A stretch of DNA of 64,000 nucleotides from Candidatus Poriferihabitaceae bacterium (GTDB taxonomy: Bacteria; Pseudomonadota; Gammaproteobacteria; Arenicellales; Poriferihabitantaceae). The stretch covers positions 1,098,547 through 1,162,546 of the forward strand of contig OZ253546.1 of the NCBI GenBank assembly GCA_965262585.1, in the 5' to 3' direction. The position numbers and the translations under genes were made by a program. The notes beneath the pieces are model-generated. The model was not told where the DNA came from. It made no database searches and saw nothing but the letters and a program-made list of their open reading frames with translations. Below, piece by piece: positions 30,881 through 41,302 of this stretch; the stretch's first letter is position 1; each line of letters begins with the position of its first letter.

Positions 30881-33319
30881 TTACCGGAACACGGTGCCGA
30901 CTGTGAGTTGAAATTTCTCGGTTGTATCCTCGCTTTCTTCATTGAGCGGCTCGGCGTAACTCATGGAAAACGGCCCGATGGGCGAGAACCAGTTAAACAC
31001 CAAACCCGCCGAATAACGCATCCCGCTGAAACCGAGGTTGCCGTCGTTGACCTGGCTGAAAGTTCCACCGCCGTCGGTGCCGGTGTCGGGGGTGAACAAG
31101 TAACTATCACCAAAAGCCATACCGCCATCGATGAAAACACCGATGCGCTTGTCCTTGCCGGCTTCCCCACCAAAGGGCGGGAATAGCAATTCGGCGTTCA
31201 CCAACAGGCGTTGATCGCCGCCCACCGATTCGCGGGTTACGCTGGTGCAGTCCGCTCTATTCGGTGTCGGATTCGCCATCGCCGCCATACAATTCGCTTC
31301 CCCCGAACTCAGCGGCCCGAGGGAGCGGCCGTCATACCCGCGCACGGAATTGGAACCACCGGCGTAGTAACGGCGGAAGAACGGTAGGCCGTCTTCGCTT
31401 GAATCGCCGAACCCGTCTCCATAACCGATGCCGAGTCCGGTTTTCACCGAGAGGCCGCCGGGCAACGGAATATAGTATGCGCCCTGCAGGTTGATTTTGT
31501 AGTATTCATACTCGCTGCCCGGCGCCGACAACTCTATGGACGCCGAACCGCTGGCGCCGCGTGTCGGAAAGAAAAAATCATCGCGCGTATCCTTGGAGAC
31601 GCCGAAAGTAACCTGCAGGTTTTCGCCCTGAATATCGGTGGATACCAAGGTAGGGTCTATGGCCCGTTCAAATTCCCACGGCGTTCCCGTGGTTCCTTCC
31701 AGATCGATTTGCTCCAGCAGGAAACCGAGATTCAGCGAGTTGGTCTCGGCGATGGGAATTTTGTAATTGACCCCGGCGGCGGTGGTGTTGATTACATATT
31801 CCGCCGAACTCACCTCGTCGGTGTCGACCCGTCGCCTGACCAGGCTGAGCCCTCGGCTAACCCCGTCCGCGGTGTGATAGGGATCGACATAGGTTATCGC
31901 CCCGGTTCTGGTGGCGTCTGAAGTATCCACTTCGACCTTCAACTCGCGCCCGGTGCCGAGCAAATTGCGCTGGGAATAAGCGACCCCGAGAAGCGTGCCG
32001 TCGGTGTCGGAATAACCCAGCGAAAAGGAAATCGCGCCGGTATTGCGCTCGTTGACTACGACATTCATATCCACCTGATCGGTGGTGCCGGGCACCGCCG
32101 GGGTGTCGATGGTCACCTGATCAAAATAGCCCAGACGCTGCAGGCGAGATCTGGAACGGCTTACCGCGGCGGCGGAATACCATGATCCTTCAAACTGCCG
32201 GAGTTCCCGCCGAATCACTTGATCGCGGGTGTGTACATTGCCGGTAATCTCGACCTTGCGGACATACACCCGCTGCTTCGGGTCGATGGCAAAGATGGTT
32301 TTGACGGTGCCCGCTTCGCGGTCGGTTTCATAGATCGGGCGCACATCAACGAAGGCGTATCCGGCGTCGGCGTATTCGCTGAGGATGGCGTTGCGGCTGG
32401 CGTTGACCACCTTGCGAGAGAACGGCTGGCCCCGCTTTATCGTTGTCAATCTATCCAAATCGGTTACCGAGGTTACCTGCGTGGGCTCAAAAACGGTGTC
32501 GCCGAAAAGGTATTCTGCGCCTTCCGAGATGCTGATGCTGACGAAGATATTCTGCTTGTTGGGGCTGATGTCAACGCTACGGTCGACGATCTTGAAATCG
32601 TGGAATCCGCGATCGAGGTAATAACTGCGGATGGCTTCGATGTCGGCTTCGAGTTTTTGCTTGGAATACTGATTGGGCTTGGAAAATAACTTGAACCCGC
32701 GCTTGTCGCGCAGCGACATCTGCTTGAGTAAGGTTGACGCCGAAACCGCTTTGGCGCCGATGATGTTGATTTTTTTGATGGTCGCCACTCGCCCTTCGTT
32801 GATGGTCAGGGTAATCGCCACGCGGTTGCGGTCGAGTTCCTCGGCTTTGGTATCCACGGTTGCCGAATAACGACCCAGGGAAAGATAGGTGTTTTTGATT
32901 TCCTGCTCGACTCGACCGAGGCTGGCGCTGTTAAAAATCCGCCCCTGCACCAAACCGGCTTGCTCCAACGCTTGTTGCAAAGCCTCGCCATCCAACACCC
33001 GATTGCCGACTATCTTGAGTTCGGAAATGGACGGCCGCTCCACCACCTTGACCACCAGCACCGTGCCATCTTGCTCCAGCGAAACATCCTTGAAAAATCC
33101 GGTGGAGAACAGTTCTTTGATGCTCAAGCGCGCTTCTTCGTCGTTGAGTTCATCGCCGACTTTCAGGGGCAGGTAGTTATACACCGTGCCGGCCTCGAGG
33201 CGTTCCAGCCCCTCGACGCGGATGTCGGTGATGATAAATGGGGTTATCGCCAGCAACGCATGACAATAAAACCACAGCAACAATCCAAGGGCAGTTTTTT
33301 TCATTTTGTATGTTTTCAT
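30881..33319 (-). CDS. bamA: Outer membrane protein assembly factor BamA
   Basis: 812 aa. POTRA repeats (I.DIRVEGL..., IKKINIIG) and a C-terminal Omp85 barrel ending in ...TVGTVFR. Confidence 0.96.
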   Translation of the reverse strand: MKTYKMKKTALGLLLWFYCHALLAITPFIITDIRVEGLERLEAGTVYNYLPLKVGDELNDEEARLSIKELFSTGFFKDVSLEQDGTVLVVKVVERPSISELKIVGNRVLDGEALQQALEQAGLVQGRIFNSASLGRVEQEIKNTYLSLGRYSATVDTKAEELDRNRVAITLTINEGRVATIKKINIIGAKAVSASTLLKQMSLRDKRGFKLFSKPNQYSKQKLEADIEAIRSYYLDRGFHDFKIVDRSVDISPNKQNIFVSISISEGAEYLFGDTVFEPTQVTSVTDLDRLTTIKRGQPFSRKVVNASRNAILSEYADAGYAFVDVRPIYETDREAGTVKTIFAIDPKQRVYVRKVEITGNVHTRDQVIRRELRQFEGSWYSAAAVSRSRSRLQRLGYFDQVTIDTPAVPGTTDQVDMNVVVNERNTGAISFSLGYSDTDGTLLGVAYSQRNLLGTGRELKVEVDTSDATRTGAITYVDPYHTADGVSRGLSLVRRRVDTDEVSSAEYVINTTAAGVNYKIPIAETNSLNLGFLLEQIDLEGTTGTPWEFERAIDPTLVSTDIQGENLQVTFGVSKDTRDDFFFPTRGASGSASIELSAPGSEYEYYKINLQGAYYIPLPGGLSVKTGLGIGYGDGFGDSSEDGLPFFRRYYAGGSNSVRGYDGRSLGPLSSGEANCMAAMANPTPNRADCTSVTRESVGGDQRLLVNAELLFPPFGGEAGKDKRIGVFIDGGMAFGDSYLFTPDTGTDGGGTFSQVNDGNLGFSGMRYSAGLVFNWFSPIGPFSMSYAEPLNEESEDTTEKFQLTVGTVFR

Positions 33320-33369
33320 AGGTCGGTCATAATCCGGTTATTGGGGTGTCGGCACCAATTCGCGCCGCG

Positions 33370-34719
33370 CTAAAACAGCCGCATAATATCATTATAAAAG
33401 GCTACGCTCATTAACAACATCAACAGGGCGATGCCGATTTGCTGTCCCCACAGCAGGGTTTTCGCAGACGGCGGGCTGCCTTTGAGCGCCTCGATTGCGA
33501 AAAACAACAAATGGCCGCCGTCCAGCAGCGGGATGGGCAGCAGGTTCAAAAGGCCGAGGCTGATGCTGATGATTGCCAGAAATTTCAGGAAATCGGCGTA
33601 GCCTGATTCCACCGTGCGCCCCGCCAGACGGGCGATGGTGATGGGGCCCGAGAGGTTATCCGAGGACATTTGCGCGCTCAACATACGCCCAATGGAGCGC
33701 ACCGTGACTATGGTCATGCGCCAGTTGTAATCCAGCGCCACGGGAATCGCCGCCAGCGGGCCGTAGCGCAGGCGGGCGCTCACAAGGGGTGGGCGGTATA
33801 GCCCGATGCGGCCGTATTCCCGGCCCTCAACGGTAACGGTTTCGGTGGTCAATTCCGTTGTAATCTGTTCGCTGCCACGGCGGATCAACAGTACCAATTT
33901 CTGCCCGGGACGTTCCGACACTTGCTCCGCCATATCATTCCAATCGCCCACCGGATGGCCGTCGATGGCGATAATCCGGTCGCCCTTTTGCAGGTCGGCG
34001 GCGGCGGCTGGCGAACCCTCCGCCAGTTGAAACACCTCGGCGGGCGGCGCCGGTGGCCACAATCCGATCTGGGAGGTGACAGTCTGATTACCGACTGCGT
34101 ATTGATCGAGAGCGCCGAAATCCACGCGCAGACTCCGCTCGTTGTGGCTGCCTTCGCCGATTACCTCGAAGCCAACTAGATTACCCTTCATGGCTTGATG
34201 CAGCAGGTAAATCTGATGCTCGCCCCAGGTGTGGACTTCGCGCCCGTTCACGCTGACGATGCGGTCGCCAACCCGGAAACCGGCGGTTTGCGCCGGTGAA
34301 TTTTCGGCGACTTGTCCGATTACCGGCTCTATATCATCGCTGCCGGCCACCAACACCAGCCAGATGGCGAAAATGGCGAACAGGAAATTGTAGGCCGGGC
34401 CAGCGAATACGATGGCGCTGCGCACGCCGAGGGATTGGCGGTTGAAAGCCATACCCGCCTCATGCTCGTCCACCTTGCCCTCCCCTTCGTCGAGCATCTT
34501 TACATAGCCGCCCAGCGGGATCAGGCCGATGCAATACTCGGTGGGGTCGTTCTTGCGCCGCCAAGTGAAAATGGGACGCCCGAAGCCGATGGAAAATTTG
34601 AGCACCTTGACGCCGAGTTTGCGCGCCACTTGAAAATGGCCGTATTCGTGCACCGTCACCAAAATGGCGATGGCGGCGATAAACCCAAACAAACTATAGA
34701 TGAATGAACTCATCTGCAT
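33370..34719 (-). CDS. rseP: RIP metalloprotease RseP (site-2 protease)
   Basis: HEYGHF zinc motif, two PDZ-like regions, and the C-terminal LLNLLPIPLLDGGH motif. Confidence 0.93.
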   Translation of the reverse strand: MQMSSFIYSLFGFIAAIAILVTVHEYGHFQVARKLGVKVLKFSIGFGRPIFTWRRKNDPTEYCIGLIPLGGYVKMLDEGEGKVDEHEAGMAFNRQSLGVRSAIVFAGPAYNFLFAIFAIWLVLVAGSDDIEPVIGQVAENSPAQTAGFRVGDRIVSVNGREVHTWGEHQIYLLHQAMKGNLVGFEVIGEGSHNERSLRVDFGALDQYAVGNQTVTSQIGLWPPAPPAEVFQLAEGSPAAAADLQKGDRIIAIDGHPVGDWNDMAEQVSERPGQKLVLLIRRGSEQITTELTTETVTVEGREYGRIGLYRPPLVSARLRYGPLAAIPVALDYNWRMTIVTVRSIGRMLSAQMSSDNLSGPITIARLAGRTVESGYADFLKFLAIISISLGLLNLLPIPLLDGGHLLFFAIEALKGSPPSAKTLLWGQQIGIALLMLLMSVAFYNDIMRLF

Positions 34720-35957
34720 TCCGCGCTATCGCCAAGCCCGGCGGTCATCACTTGCCTCGCGCCGGATACCGGCAGCAATTCCCGGCACAGTTGCCGTGCG
34801 CGCCGGTCTGATGCCAGCACGCTTTCCAGATCGTAACCGTCGTCATCGACCTCTGCTTCCTTTGCCGCCAGTTCCATGGTGCGCTCTACCATCTGCGGAA
34901 TCTTGTCAAACCCCAGCGCGCCGCCGAGAAACGCTTCCACCGCCACCTCGTTAGCGGCGCTCATCACCGCTGGCATAGTGCCCCCGGCGCGCGCCGCCGC
35001 ACGGGCTAGGCCGATGGAGGGAAAGCGATGATGGTCGGGGGCTTCGAAGTCAAAGCGGCTGCATTCCAATAAATTCAATGGGCGCGCGCCGGAAGCGATG
35101 CGCCGTGGCCAGCCCAGCGCGTTGGCGATGGAAACCCGCATATCCGGGCTGCCCAGTTGCGCCAGAATCGAGCCGTCCAAATACTCGACCATGGAATGGA
35201 TGACGCTCTGTGGATGAATAACGATTTCGATGTCGCCGACCTCCAGGGAAAACAGCACGCAGGCTTCGATTAGTTCCAGCCCCTTATTCATCATGGTAGC
35301 CGAGTCCACGGAAATTTTCGGCCCCATTTCCCAGTTCGGATGGGCGCACGCTTGAGCGGGGGTAACGCCGCTGAACGCTTCCACGGGCAGTTGGCGGAAG
35401 GGCCCGCCGGAGCCGGTCAGCCAGATTCGCCGGATACCGGCGGTGGTGGTGGTAGTCAGTCCGCCGCCGTCCGGGTTTTGCGGTAGGCATTGGAAAATGG
35501 CGTTGTGTTCGCTATCCACCGGAATAACCATCGCGCCGTGAGCGCGCGCTTCGTCCATAATCAACCGCCCGATCATCACCAGCGGTTCCTTGTTGGCAAT
35601 CAGCACTTTCTTGCCGCCGCGCACCGCCGCCAGCGTGGAGCGCAGTCCGGCGGCGCCGACGATGCAACAAACCACGATGTCCGCGCCACTCCCGGCCAAT
35701 TCGGATAACGCCTCGGCGCCGCCCAGCACTCGCGTGTCGGTGTCGGTCAATTCGCCGGCCAGTTGTCGCGCCGCTTCGGGTCCTGCCATGACCGCAAGTT
35801 CAGGATTAAATTCGGCGCACTGGCGCGCCATGTCGGCAAAGTTTTGGTTGGCGGAAAGCCCGGACACGCGGTATTTATCGGGATGCCGCCGGATCACATC
35901 CAAGACGCTGACGCCGACCGAGCCGGTGGAACCGAGGATGGCGACCGAATCGGTCAT
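34710..35957 (-). CDS. dxr: 1-deoxy-D-xylulose 5-phosphate reductoisomerase
   Basis: ILGSTGSVG NADPH motif, LIANKEPLV, and a PVDSEHNAIFQCL block. Confidence 0.96.
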   Translation of the reverse strand: MTDSVAILGSTGSVGVSVLDVIRRHPDKYRVSGLSANQNFADMARQCAEFNPELAVMAGPEAARQLAGELTDTDTRVLGGAEALSELAGSGADIVVCCIVGAAGLRSTLAAVRGGKKVLIANKEPLVMIGRLIMDEARAHGAMVIPVDSEHNAIFQCLPQNPDGGGLTTTTTAGIRRIWLTGSGGPFRQLPVEAFSGVTPAQACAHPNWEMGPKISVDSATMMNKGLELIEACVLFSLEVGDIEIVIHPQSVIHSMVEYLDGSILAQLGSPDMRVSIANALGWPRRIASGARPLNLLECSRFDFEAPDHHRFPSIGLARAAARAGGTMPAVMSAANEVAVEAFLGGALGFDKIPQMVERTMELAAKEAEVDDDGYDLESVLASDRRARQLCRELLPVSGARQVMTAGLGDSAECR

Positions 35958-36814
35958 CCCGACAACCGCCCGGCGGTCGCCCAGATCGTGACATAAGCCG
36001 GGGTTGCCGCCAGCAAGCCGTCGATGCGGTCGAGCAGGCCGCCGTGCCCGGGTAGCAAGCGGCCACTATCCTTGACTCCGGCGTGGCGTTTCAAGCGGCT
36101 TTCATACAGGTCGCCGAACACGCCGAATAACGCCGCAACCAGAGACGCCAGCAGCCAGCCGAGGGTTTGCGCGGTGTTCAGATTTAGTAGCCAAGTGGCG
36201 GCAAGCATCGCCACCAAACCGGCACCGACCAAGCCGCCGACCAGCCCTTCCATGGTCTTGCCGGGGCTGATGGATGGCGCCAGTTTGCGCCGCCCAAAGC
36301 GTTTGCCGATGAAATACGCAAAGGTGTCCGCGCTCCATATCACCACCAGCATGGCGACGGTCATCACCGCGCCGTGTTCGAGGCGCATCAGCAAGAGCGC
36401 AGCCCAGGCGAATAAGAAAATGAAGCCGCCTTGAACCATGCTGTGTAATGCGGTTGGTTGGGTTGGGGGCTGGGCTTGAGACTGGGCTTGAGACTGAATT
36501 GGTGCTTGGTCGGTTTTCTTGGCGATCAGCGTGAAGGCTTGATAGGCCCAGAACAATAGCCCGGCTAGGCATATCACGGGGAGTTTTTGCGGGGCGTGGA
36601 AAAGCAACAGCGCGGCGATGATCAGAACTACGGCGATACCCACCGGCACCGCTATGGAAACTTGCCCAAGATGACTCCATTCCAACAACGCCGCCAGCAT
36701 CACCGCCAGCGTCACCACCGCAAACAACCACACCGGCGACCACAGCGTCAATGCCACCACTACCGGTGCCAGTATCAGGCCGGTGACAATGCGCGTCATC
36801 ATGCTTGTCATCAT
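35954..36814 (-). CDS. cdsA: Phosphatidate cytidylyltransferase
   Basis: Polytopic membrane protein with the C-terminal signature SRLKRHAGVKDSGRLLPGHGGLLDRID. Confidence 0.9.
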   Translation of the reverse strand: MMTSMMTRIVTGLILAPVVVALTLWSPVWLFAVVTLAVMLAALLEWSHLGQVSIAVPVGIAVVLIIAALLLFHAPQKLPVICLAGLLFWAYQAFTLIAKKTDQAPIQSQAQSQAQPPTQPTALHSMVQGGFIFLFAWAALLLMRLEHGAVMTVAMLVVIWSADTFAYFIGKRFGRRKLAPSISPGKTMEGLVGGLVGAGLVAMLAATWLLNLNTAQTLGWLLASLVAALFGVFGDLYESRLKRHAGVKDSGRLLPGHGGLLDRIDGLLAATPAYVTIWATAGRLSG

Positions 36815-37617
36815 GCCTGCCCTCCAACAACCGCCCTGACCTGCTCCTCGGTTTTACCGAAGCGACGCTGGCGGCGCGCATATACGGCCAAGGCGCGGTC
36901 GAAGTGTTCTTCATCGAAATCCGGCCAGTAGACATCGGTGAAATATAGTTCGGTATACGCCAGTTGCCATAATAAAAAGTTGCTGATGCGTTGCTCGCCG
37001 CCGGTGCGAATAAACAAGTCGGGCTCCGGCAGGGCGCGGGTGCAAAGTCGTGATTCAATCAAATCCGGCGTGACCGAGTCGGCGGCGAGTTCTCCGCGCT
37101 CCACCCGCTCGGCCAGCGAGCGGCAGGCTTGCGCCATATCCCAGCGGCCACCGTAGTTGACGGCAATGGTCAGGTTGAGGGCGCGGTTATCGGCGGTCAA
37201 CGCCACGGATTCTGCAATCTTGCGTTGCAACCTACTCGGAAACGGCGATAGATCCCCAATCACGCGCAGGCAGATGTGATGCTCGCGCAGCAACCGAATT
37301 TCGTTTTCGAGGGCGGTGGCGAGTAGGTCCAGAAGCAGCGTCACCTCGGTGCTGGGACGCCGCCAATTCTCGCTGCTGAAGGCGAACAGGGTTAGATACG
37401 GAATGCCGCTTTTGGCAAACACCGGCAACAAATTTTTCACCACTTCCACCCCCCGGCGATGCCCGGCGATGCGCGGCTGGCCGTGCCGCCGTGCCCAGCG
37501 TCCGTTGCCGTCCATGACCACCGCCACATGGCGTGGTGTTGCGTTGCCGGCGGGGGCGGCGGATTCGGGAGTCGGAAGTTGTTCCGCAACCGGAAATTTC
37601 AGGGGGTTGGACGACAT
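36811..37617 (-). CDS. uppS: Ditrans,polycis-undecaprenyl-diphosphate synthase
   Basis: HVAVVMDGNGRWA, FAFSSENWRRP and IRTGGEQRISNFLLWQLAYTE motifs. Confidence 0.94.
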   Translation of the reverse strand: MSSNPLKFPVAEQLPTPESAAPAGNATPRHVAVVMDGNGRWARRHGQPRIAGHRRGVEVVKNLLPVFAKSGIPYLTLFAFSSENWRRPSTEVTLLLDLLATALENEIRLLREHHICLRVIGDLSPFPSRLQRKIAESVALTADNRALNLTIAVNYGGRWDMAQACRSLAERVERGELAADSVTPDLIESRLCTRALPEPDLFIRTGGEQRISNFLLWQLAYTELYFTDVYWPDFDEEHFDRALAVYARRQRRFGKTEEQVRAVVGGQA

Positions 37618-37663
37618 GGGCGAGGGCAGTGAGGGCGAGGATGATAGCGAGGGCTGGGGATGC

Positions 37664-38224
37664 TCACTGCATCTCCAACACTTCCTTTTCCTTGTCGCTC
37701 ACGATTTCTTCAATCACCGCAATGTATTTGTCGGTCAGGGTCTGCATCGCACCTTCCGCGCGTTTTTCCTGATCGAGGCTGAGTTCTTTTTCCTTAAGCA
37801 GTTCGCGCACCGTGTGAATCGCATCGCGGCGAATATTGCGCACCGCGACCTTGCTGTTCTCGCCTTCTTTTTTGACTATTTTGCTGAGATCCCGGCGGCG
37901 TTCTTCGGTCATGGGCGGCAGCGGAATGCGGATGGTCGCCCCGGCGGTCACCGGATTGAGGCCGAGGTCGGATTCCCGAATCGCTTTCTCAACTACCGCT
38001 ATCAGGTTTTTTTCCCACGGCTGGATGCTGAGCGTACGGGCGTCGGCCACCGCCACCGTGGCCACCTGATTGATGGGGGTTTTTGTGCCGTAGTAATCCA
38101 CCGTGAGATGGTCGAGCAAGGCGGTGGAGGCGCGCCCGGTGCGAATCCGATTCATCTCATCGCGGGTGGATTCCACGGTTTTTTTCATGCGCGTTTCCGC
38201 GTCTTGTTGGATGTCGTCAATCAT
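37664..38224 (-). CDS. frr: Ribosome recycling factor
   Basis: 186 aa matching Frr throughout (e.g. RTGRAS..LLD...V.YYG, IRNIRRDA). Confidence 0.97.
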   Translation of the reverse strand: MIDDIQQDAETRMKKTVESTRDEMNRIRTGRASTALLDHLTVDYYGTKTPINQVATVAVADARTLSIQPWEKNLIAVVEKAIRESDLGLNPVTAGATIRIPLPPMTEERRRDLSKIVKKEGENSKVAVRNIRRDAIHTVRELLKEKELSLDQEKRAEGAMQTLTDKYIAVIEEIVSDKEKEVLEMQ

Positions 38225-38269
38225 TGCCGGATTGGGATTAGTCAGCCTCGCAAATCAATCGCAAACATA

Positions 38270-39154
38270 CTAGCGGGAATCCGCCTGCGCCATCACCTCG
38301 GCGACGAAATCATCGGCGCGCTTTTCCAGCCCCTCGCCTACTTCGAAGCGCGCCATCTGTTCCACGGTGGCGGCGGCGGCGTCCACCAGTTGGGATATGC
38401 TCTGATCAGGATTCTTGACGAACGGCTGTCCCAGCAGGGTGTTTTCCTTGAGGAATTTTTTCATCCGCCCGGCCACCATCTTTTCGGCGATTTCCGCGGG
38501 CTTGCCGCTTTCTTTAGCCTGCGCCATGAAGATAGCGCGCTCCCGCTTCAATTCCTTGGCGTCCATGTCCTTTTCGCCGATGCAAAGCGGACGGCTGGCG
38601 GCGATGTGCATGGCCAGATCCCGTCCCAGTTTGGAATTGCCACCGCTCAGTCGCACCAGAACGCCGATGCGCGTGCCGTGCAGATACGCGCTCACCGTGC
38701 CGCCTTTGGCTTTGACCACGGCGAAGCGTCGGATGCTGATGTTCTCGCCGATGCGGGTGATGAGTTCGCGGCGCGCCGATTCCACGGTGCCGCCTTCGAA
38801 GGCAATCTTGGCAACCGCTTCGAGGTTTTTCGGTGAGTTGGCGAGAATCACGCCGGCGAGCGAGTCGGCGAAGGCGCGGAATGAGGCGTCTTTGGCGACA
38901 AAATCGGTCTCGCAGTTGACTTCCACCAATGCCCCGGCATGCTCGTCTCCGGCCACGGCAATCACGCCTTCGGCGGCGATGCGCCCGGCTTTTTTCTCCG
39001 CCGAAGCGATGCCCTTTTTGCGCAATTCCTCAATGGCGGCATCCAGATCGCCGCCGGTCTCGCCCAGGGCTTTCTTGCAATCCATCATGCCCACGCCAGT
39101 GCGCACGCGCAGTTCTTTGATCATGGACGGGGTGATGGTCGGGGAGGCGGTCAT
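38270..39154 (-). CDS. tsf: Translation elongation factor Ts
   Basis: UBA-like N-terminus [19 protein letters not shown] and an EF-Ts dimerisation core. Confidence 0.97.
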   Translation of the reverse strand: MTASPTITPSMIKELRVRTGVGMMDCKKALGETGGDLDAAIEELRKKGIASAEKKAGRIAAEGVIAVAGDEHAGALVEVNCETDFVAKDASFRAFADSLAGVILANSPKNLEAVAKIAFEGGTVESARRELITRIGENISIRRFAVVKAKGGTVSAYLHGTRIGVLVRLSGGNSKLGRDLAMHIAASRPLCIGEKDMDAKELKRERAIFMAQAKESGKPAEIAEKMVAGRMKKFLKENTLLGQPFVKNPDQSISQLVDAAAATVEQMARFEVGEGLEKRADDFVAEVMAQADSR

Positions 39155-40245
39155 GACGCTTCGCCGGAGACGGCTGTCTTTTTAGCGATTTTCTTCGTCA
39201 CTTTCTTTGTCACCTTCTTTTTCGCGACCTTTTTCACAACCAATTTCTTTTTGGCGGCTAACTTGCCGGTCTTGCGAATGACGGGTTTTTTATCCGCCGC
39301 CGGAGCCTTTTCGGCGACTTGTTCGGCGGTCTCGTCGGTGACTTGTTCGGCGGTCTTTTCGGCGACTTGTTCGGTCGCCGGAACTCCGGTTATTTCCAAT
39401 TTTGCGGCGGCGGGTTTTTCGGTCTTGGCTTCTTCCGTTTCTCCGGCTTTAGCCGCCATGGCTGCTTTCGCCCTGGACTTCTTGACCATGGACTTACCAA
39501 TCACTTCGCCGCTGTCATTCACTTCGACATATTCGTCATCTCCGTCGACCGCCACCTGCTGCACCGAGGTGCGTGCTTCGGTGATGCTGTTCACCGCCGC
39601 TTCCAGATAAAGTATGATCGCCCGCGCCGAATCGTCGTTGCCCGGAATAATGTAATCGATGTTATCCGGGGAGCAGTTGGTATCCACCACCGCCACCACC
39701 GGAATGCCGAGTTTCTTGGCTTCGGCAACGGCGATATATTCCTGCTCGACATCGATGACAAACAACGCATCCGGCAGGCCGTTCATGTCCTTAATGCCCG
39801 ATAGCGTCTTGTCGAGTTTGATGCGCTCGCGTTCGAGGTTTAGGGTTTCCTTCTTATTCAAACGGGCGGCGGCACCGGATTCGAGTTGCTGTTCCAGTTC
39901 CTTGAGCCGGGTGATGGAATTTTTCACCGTCTTGTAGTTGGTGAGCATGCCGCCGAGCCAGCGATGGTCGACATACGGGCAGCCGCAGCGTATGGCGTGC
40001 TCCCTGAGCGGCTTGCCGGCCTGACGTTTGGTGCCGACGAACAATATCTTACCGCCCTGGGCGGCGACCTTGCCGAGGTAGTCCATCGCCTCGCGCATCA
40101 TCGGCACGGTCTTTTCCAGGTCGATAATATGTATCTTGTTGCGATTTCCGAAAATATACGGCGCCATTTTGGGCGCCCAATAACGGGTCTGGTGTCCGAA
40201 GTGCGCGCCTGCTTTAAGCAGTTGGCGCATGGTAATTTCAGCCAT
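39151..40245 (-). CDS. rpsB: 30S ribosomal protein S2 with a ~120-aa Ala/Lys/Glu-rich C-terminal extension
   Basis: Canonical S2 N-terminus [22 protein letters not shown] through about aa 240, followed by a low-complexity tail ending [25 protein letters not shown]. There is a 4-bp overlap with tsf. Confidence 0.95.
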   Translation of the reverse strand: MAEITMRQLLKAGAHFGHQTRYWAPKMAPYIFGNRNKIHIIDLEKTVPMMREAMDYLGKVAAQGGKILFVGTKRQAGKPLREHAIRCGCPYVDHRWLGGMLTNYKTVKNSITRLKELEQQLESGAAARLNKKETLNLERERIKLDKTLSGIKDMNGLPDALFVIDVEQEYIAVAEAKKLGIPVVAVVDTNCSPDNIDYIIPGNDDSARAIILYLEAAVNSITEARTSVQQVAVDGDDEYVEVNDSGEVIGKSMVKKSRAKAAMAAKAGETEEAKTEKPAAAKLEITGVPATEQVAEKTAEQVTDETAEQVAEKAPAADKKPVIRKTGKLAAKKKLVVKKVAKKKVTKKVTKKIAKKTAVSGEAS

Positions 40246-40540
40246 GATAGTAGTTCACTGGTGCGGGTTATTCCTCCACGGTTACTGTACGCCAACCGAG
40301 ACGACCGGTTTATGGAACACCAATCAGCCCCGGCACCCGGGCGGACATAATCACCGTGTGCGGTATGTATGCCGGTAGATTTAATTCCACCGACGCTAGG
40401 GCGGCGGATTTTACCTAAAAACAGTTGAAGAAAAAAGTGTAATTTGGGAGCATAGTGCGTATTTGGTGCCAATTCTGGCACTATTCGACTAATATCCGGG
40501 CGAATCCCCGCCAAATACCCCGTCCAACACCGGCAAAATC

Positions 40541-41302
40541 ATGGCAGTAACCATCAAAACCAAGGAAGAAGTGGAAAAAATGCGGGTCGCCGGACGCCTT
40601 GCCGCCGAGGTGCTGGATATGATTGGCGCGCATGTTAAGGCCGGGGTGACCACCGACCAACTCAATCAGATTTGCCACGACTTCATCGTCAATGAGCAAC
40701 AAGCGGTGCCCGCGCCCCTCAACTACCGGGGCTTTCCAAAATCCATCTGCACCTCGATTAACCATGTGGTGTGCCACGGCATACCCGCCGACCGAAAACT
40801 CAAAAGCGGCGACATCCTCAACATCGACATCACCGTCATCAAAGATGGGTTTCACGGTGACACCAGCCGCATGTTCTTCGTCGACGAACCGTCCATCCGC
40901 GCTCGGCGTGTGTGCCAGATCAGCCACGAATGTATGCACAAAGCCATCGACCTTGTGAAACCGGGAATCCGCCTCGGCGACCTCGGCCACATCATTCAAC
41001 GGCACGCCGAAAACCACGGCTTCTCGGTGGTGCGCGAGTATTGCGGCCACGGCATTGGGCGGGGGTTTCACGAAGACCCGCAAGTGTTGCACTACGGCAA
41101 ACCCGGCACCGGGTTTGAGATTCGCGCAGGCATGACCTTCACCATCGAGCCGATGATCAACGCCGGTAAAAAAGAAACCCGGCTGCTGGCGGATGAATGG
41201 ACGGTGGTCACCAAAGACCGCAGTTTATCGGCGCAATGGGAACACACCATTTTGGTCACCGAAGACGGGCATGAAATTCTGACCCGATCATTAAGTGACT
41301 GA
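40541..41302 (+). CDS. map: Type I methionine aminopeptidase
   Basis: Metal ligands in DIVNIDVT-like (DILNIDIT), GHGIG and TIEPM contexts. Confidence 0.96.
   Translation: MAVTIKTKEEVEKMRVAGRLAAEVLDMIGAHVKAGVTTDQLNQICHDFIVNEQQAVPAPLNYRGFPKSICTSINHVVCHGIPADRKLKSGDILNIDITVIKDGFHGDTSRMFFVDEPSIRARRVCQISHECMHKAIDLVKPGIRLGDLGHIIQRHAENHGFSVVREYCGHGIGRGFHEDPQVLHYGKPGTGFEIRAGMTFTIEPMINAGKKETRLLADEWTVVTKDRSLSAQWEHTILVTEDGHEILTRSLSD

Noticed and set aside
37316-38836. 506-aa plus-strand ORF spanning the frr/tsf region
   Set aside because: It is antisense to two unmistakable housekeeping genes. The sequence is low-complexity, Arg/Gly/His-rich and has no motif. This is the typical shadow ORF of a GC-rich genome.
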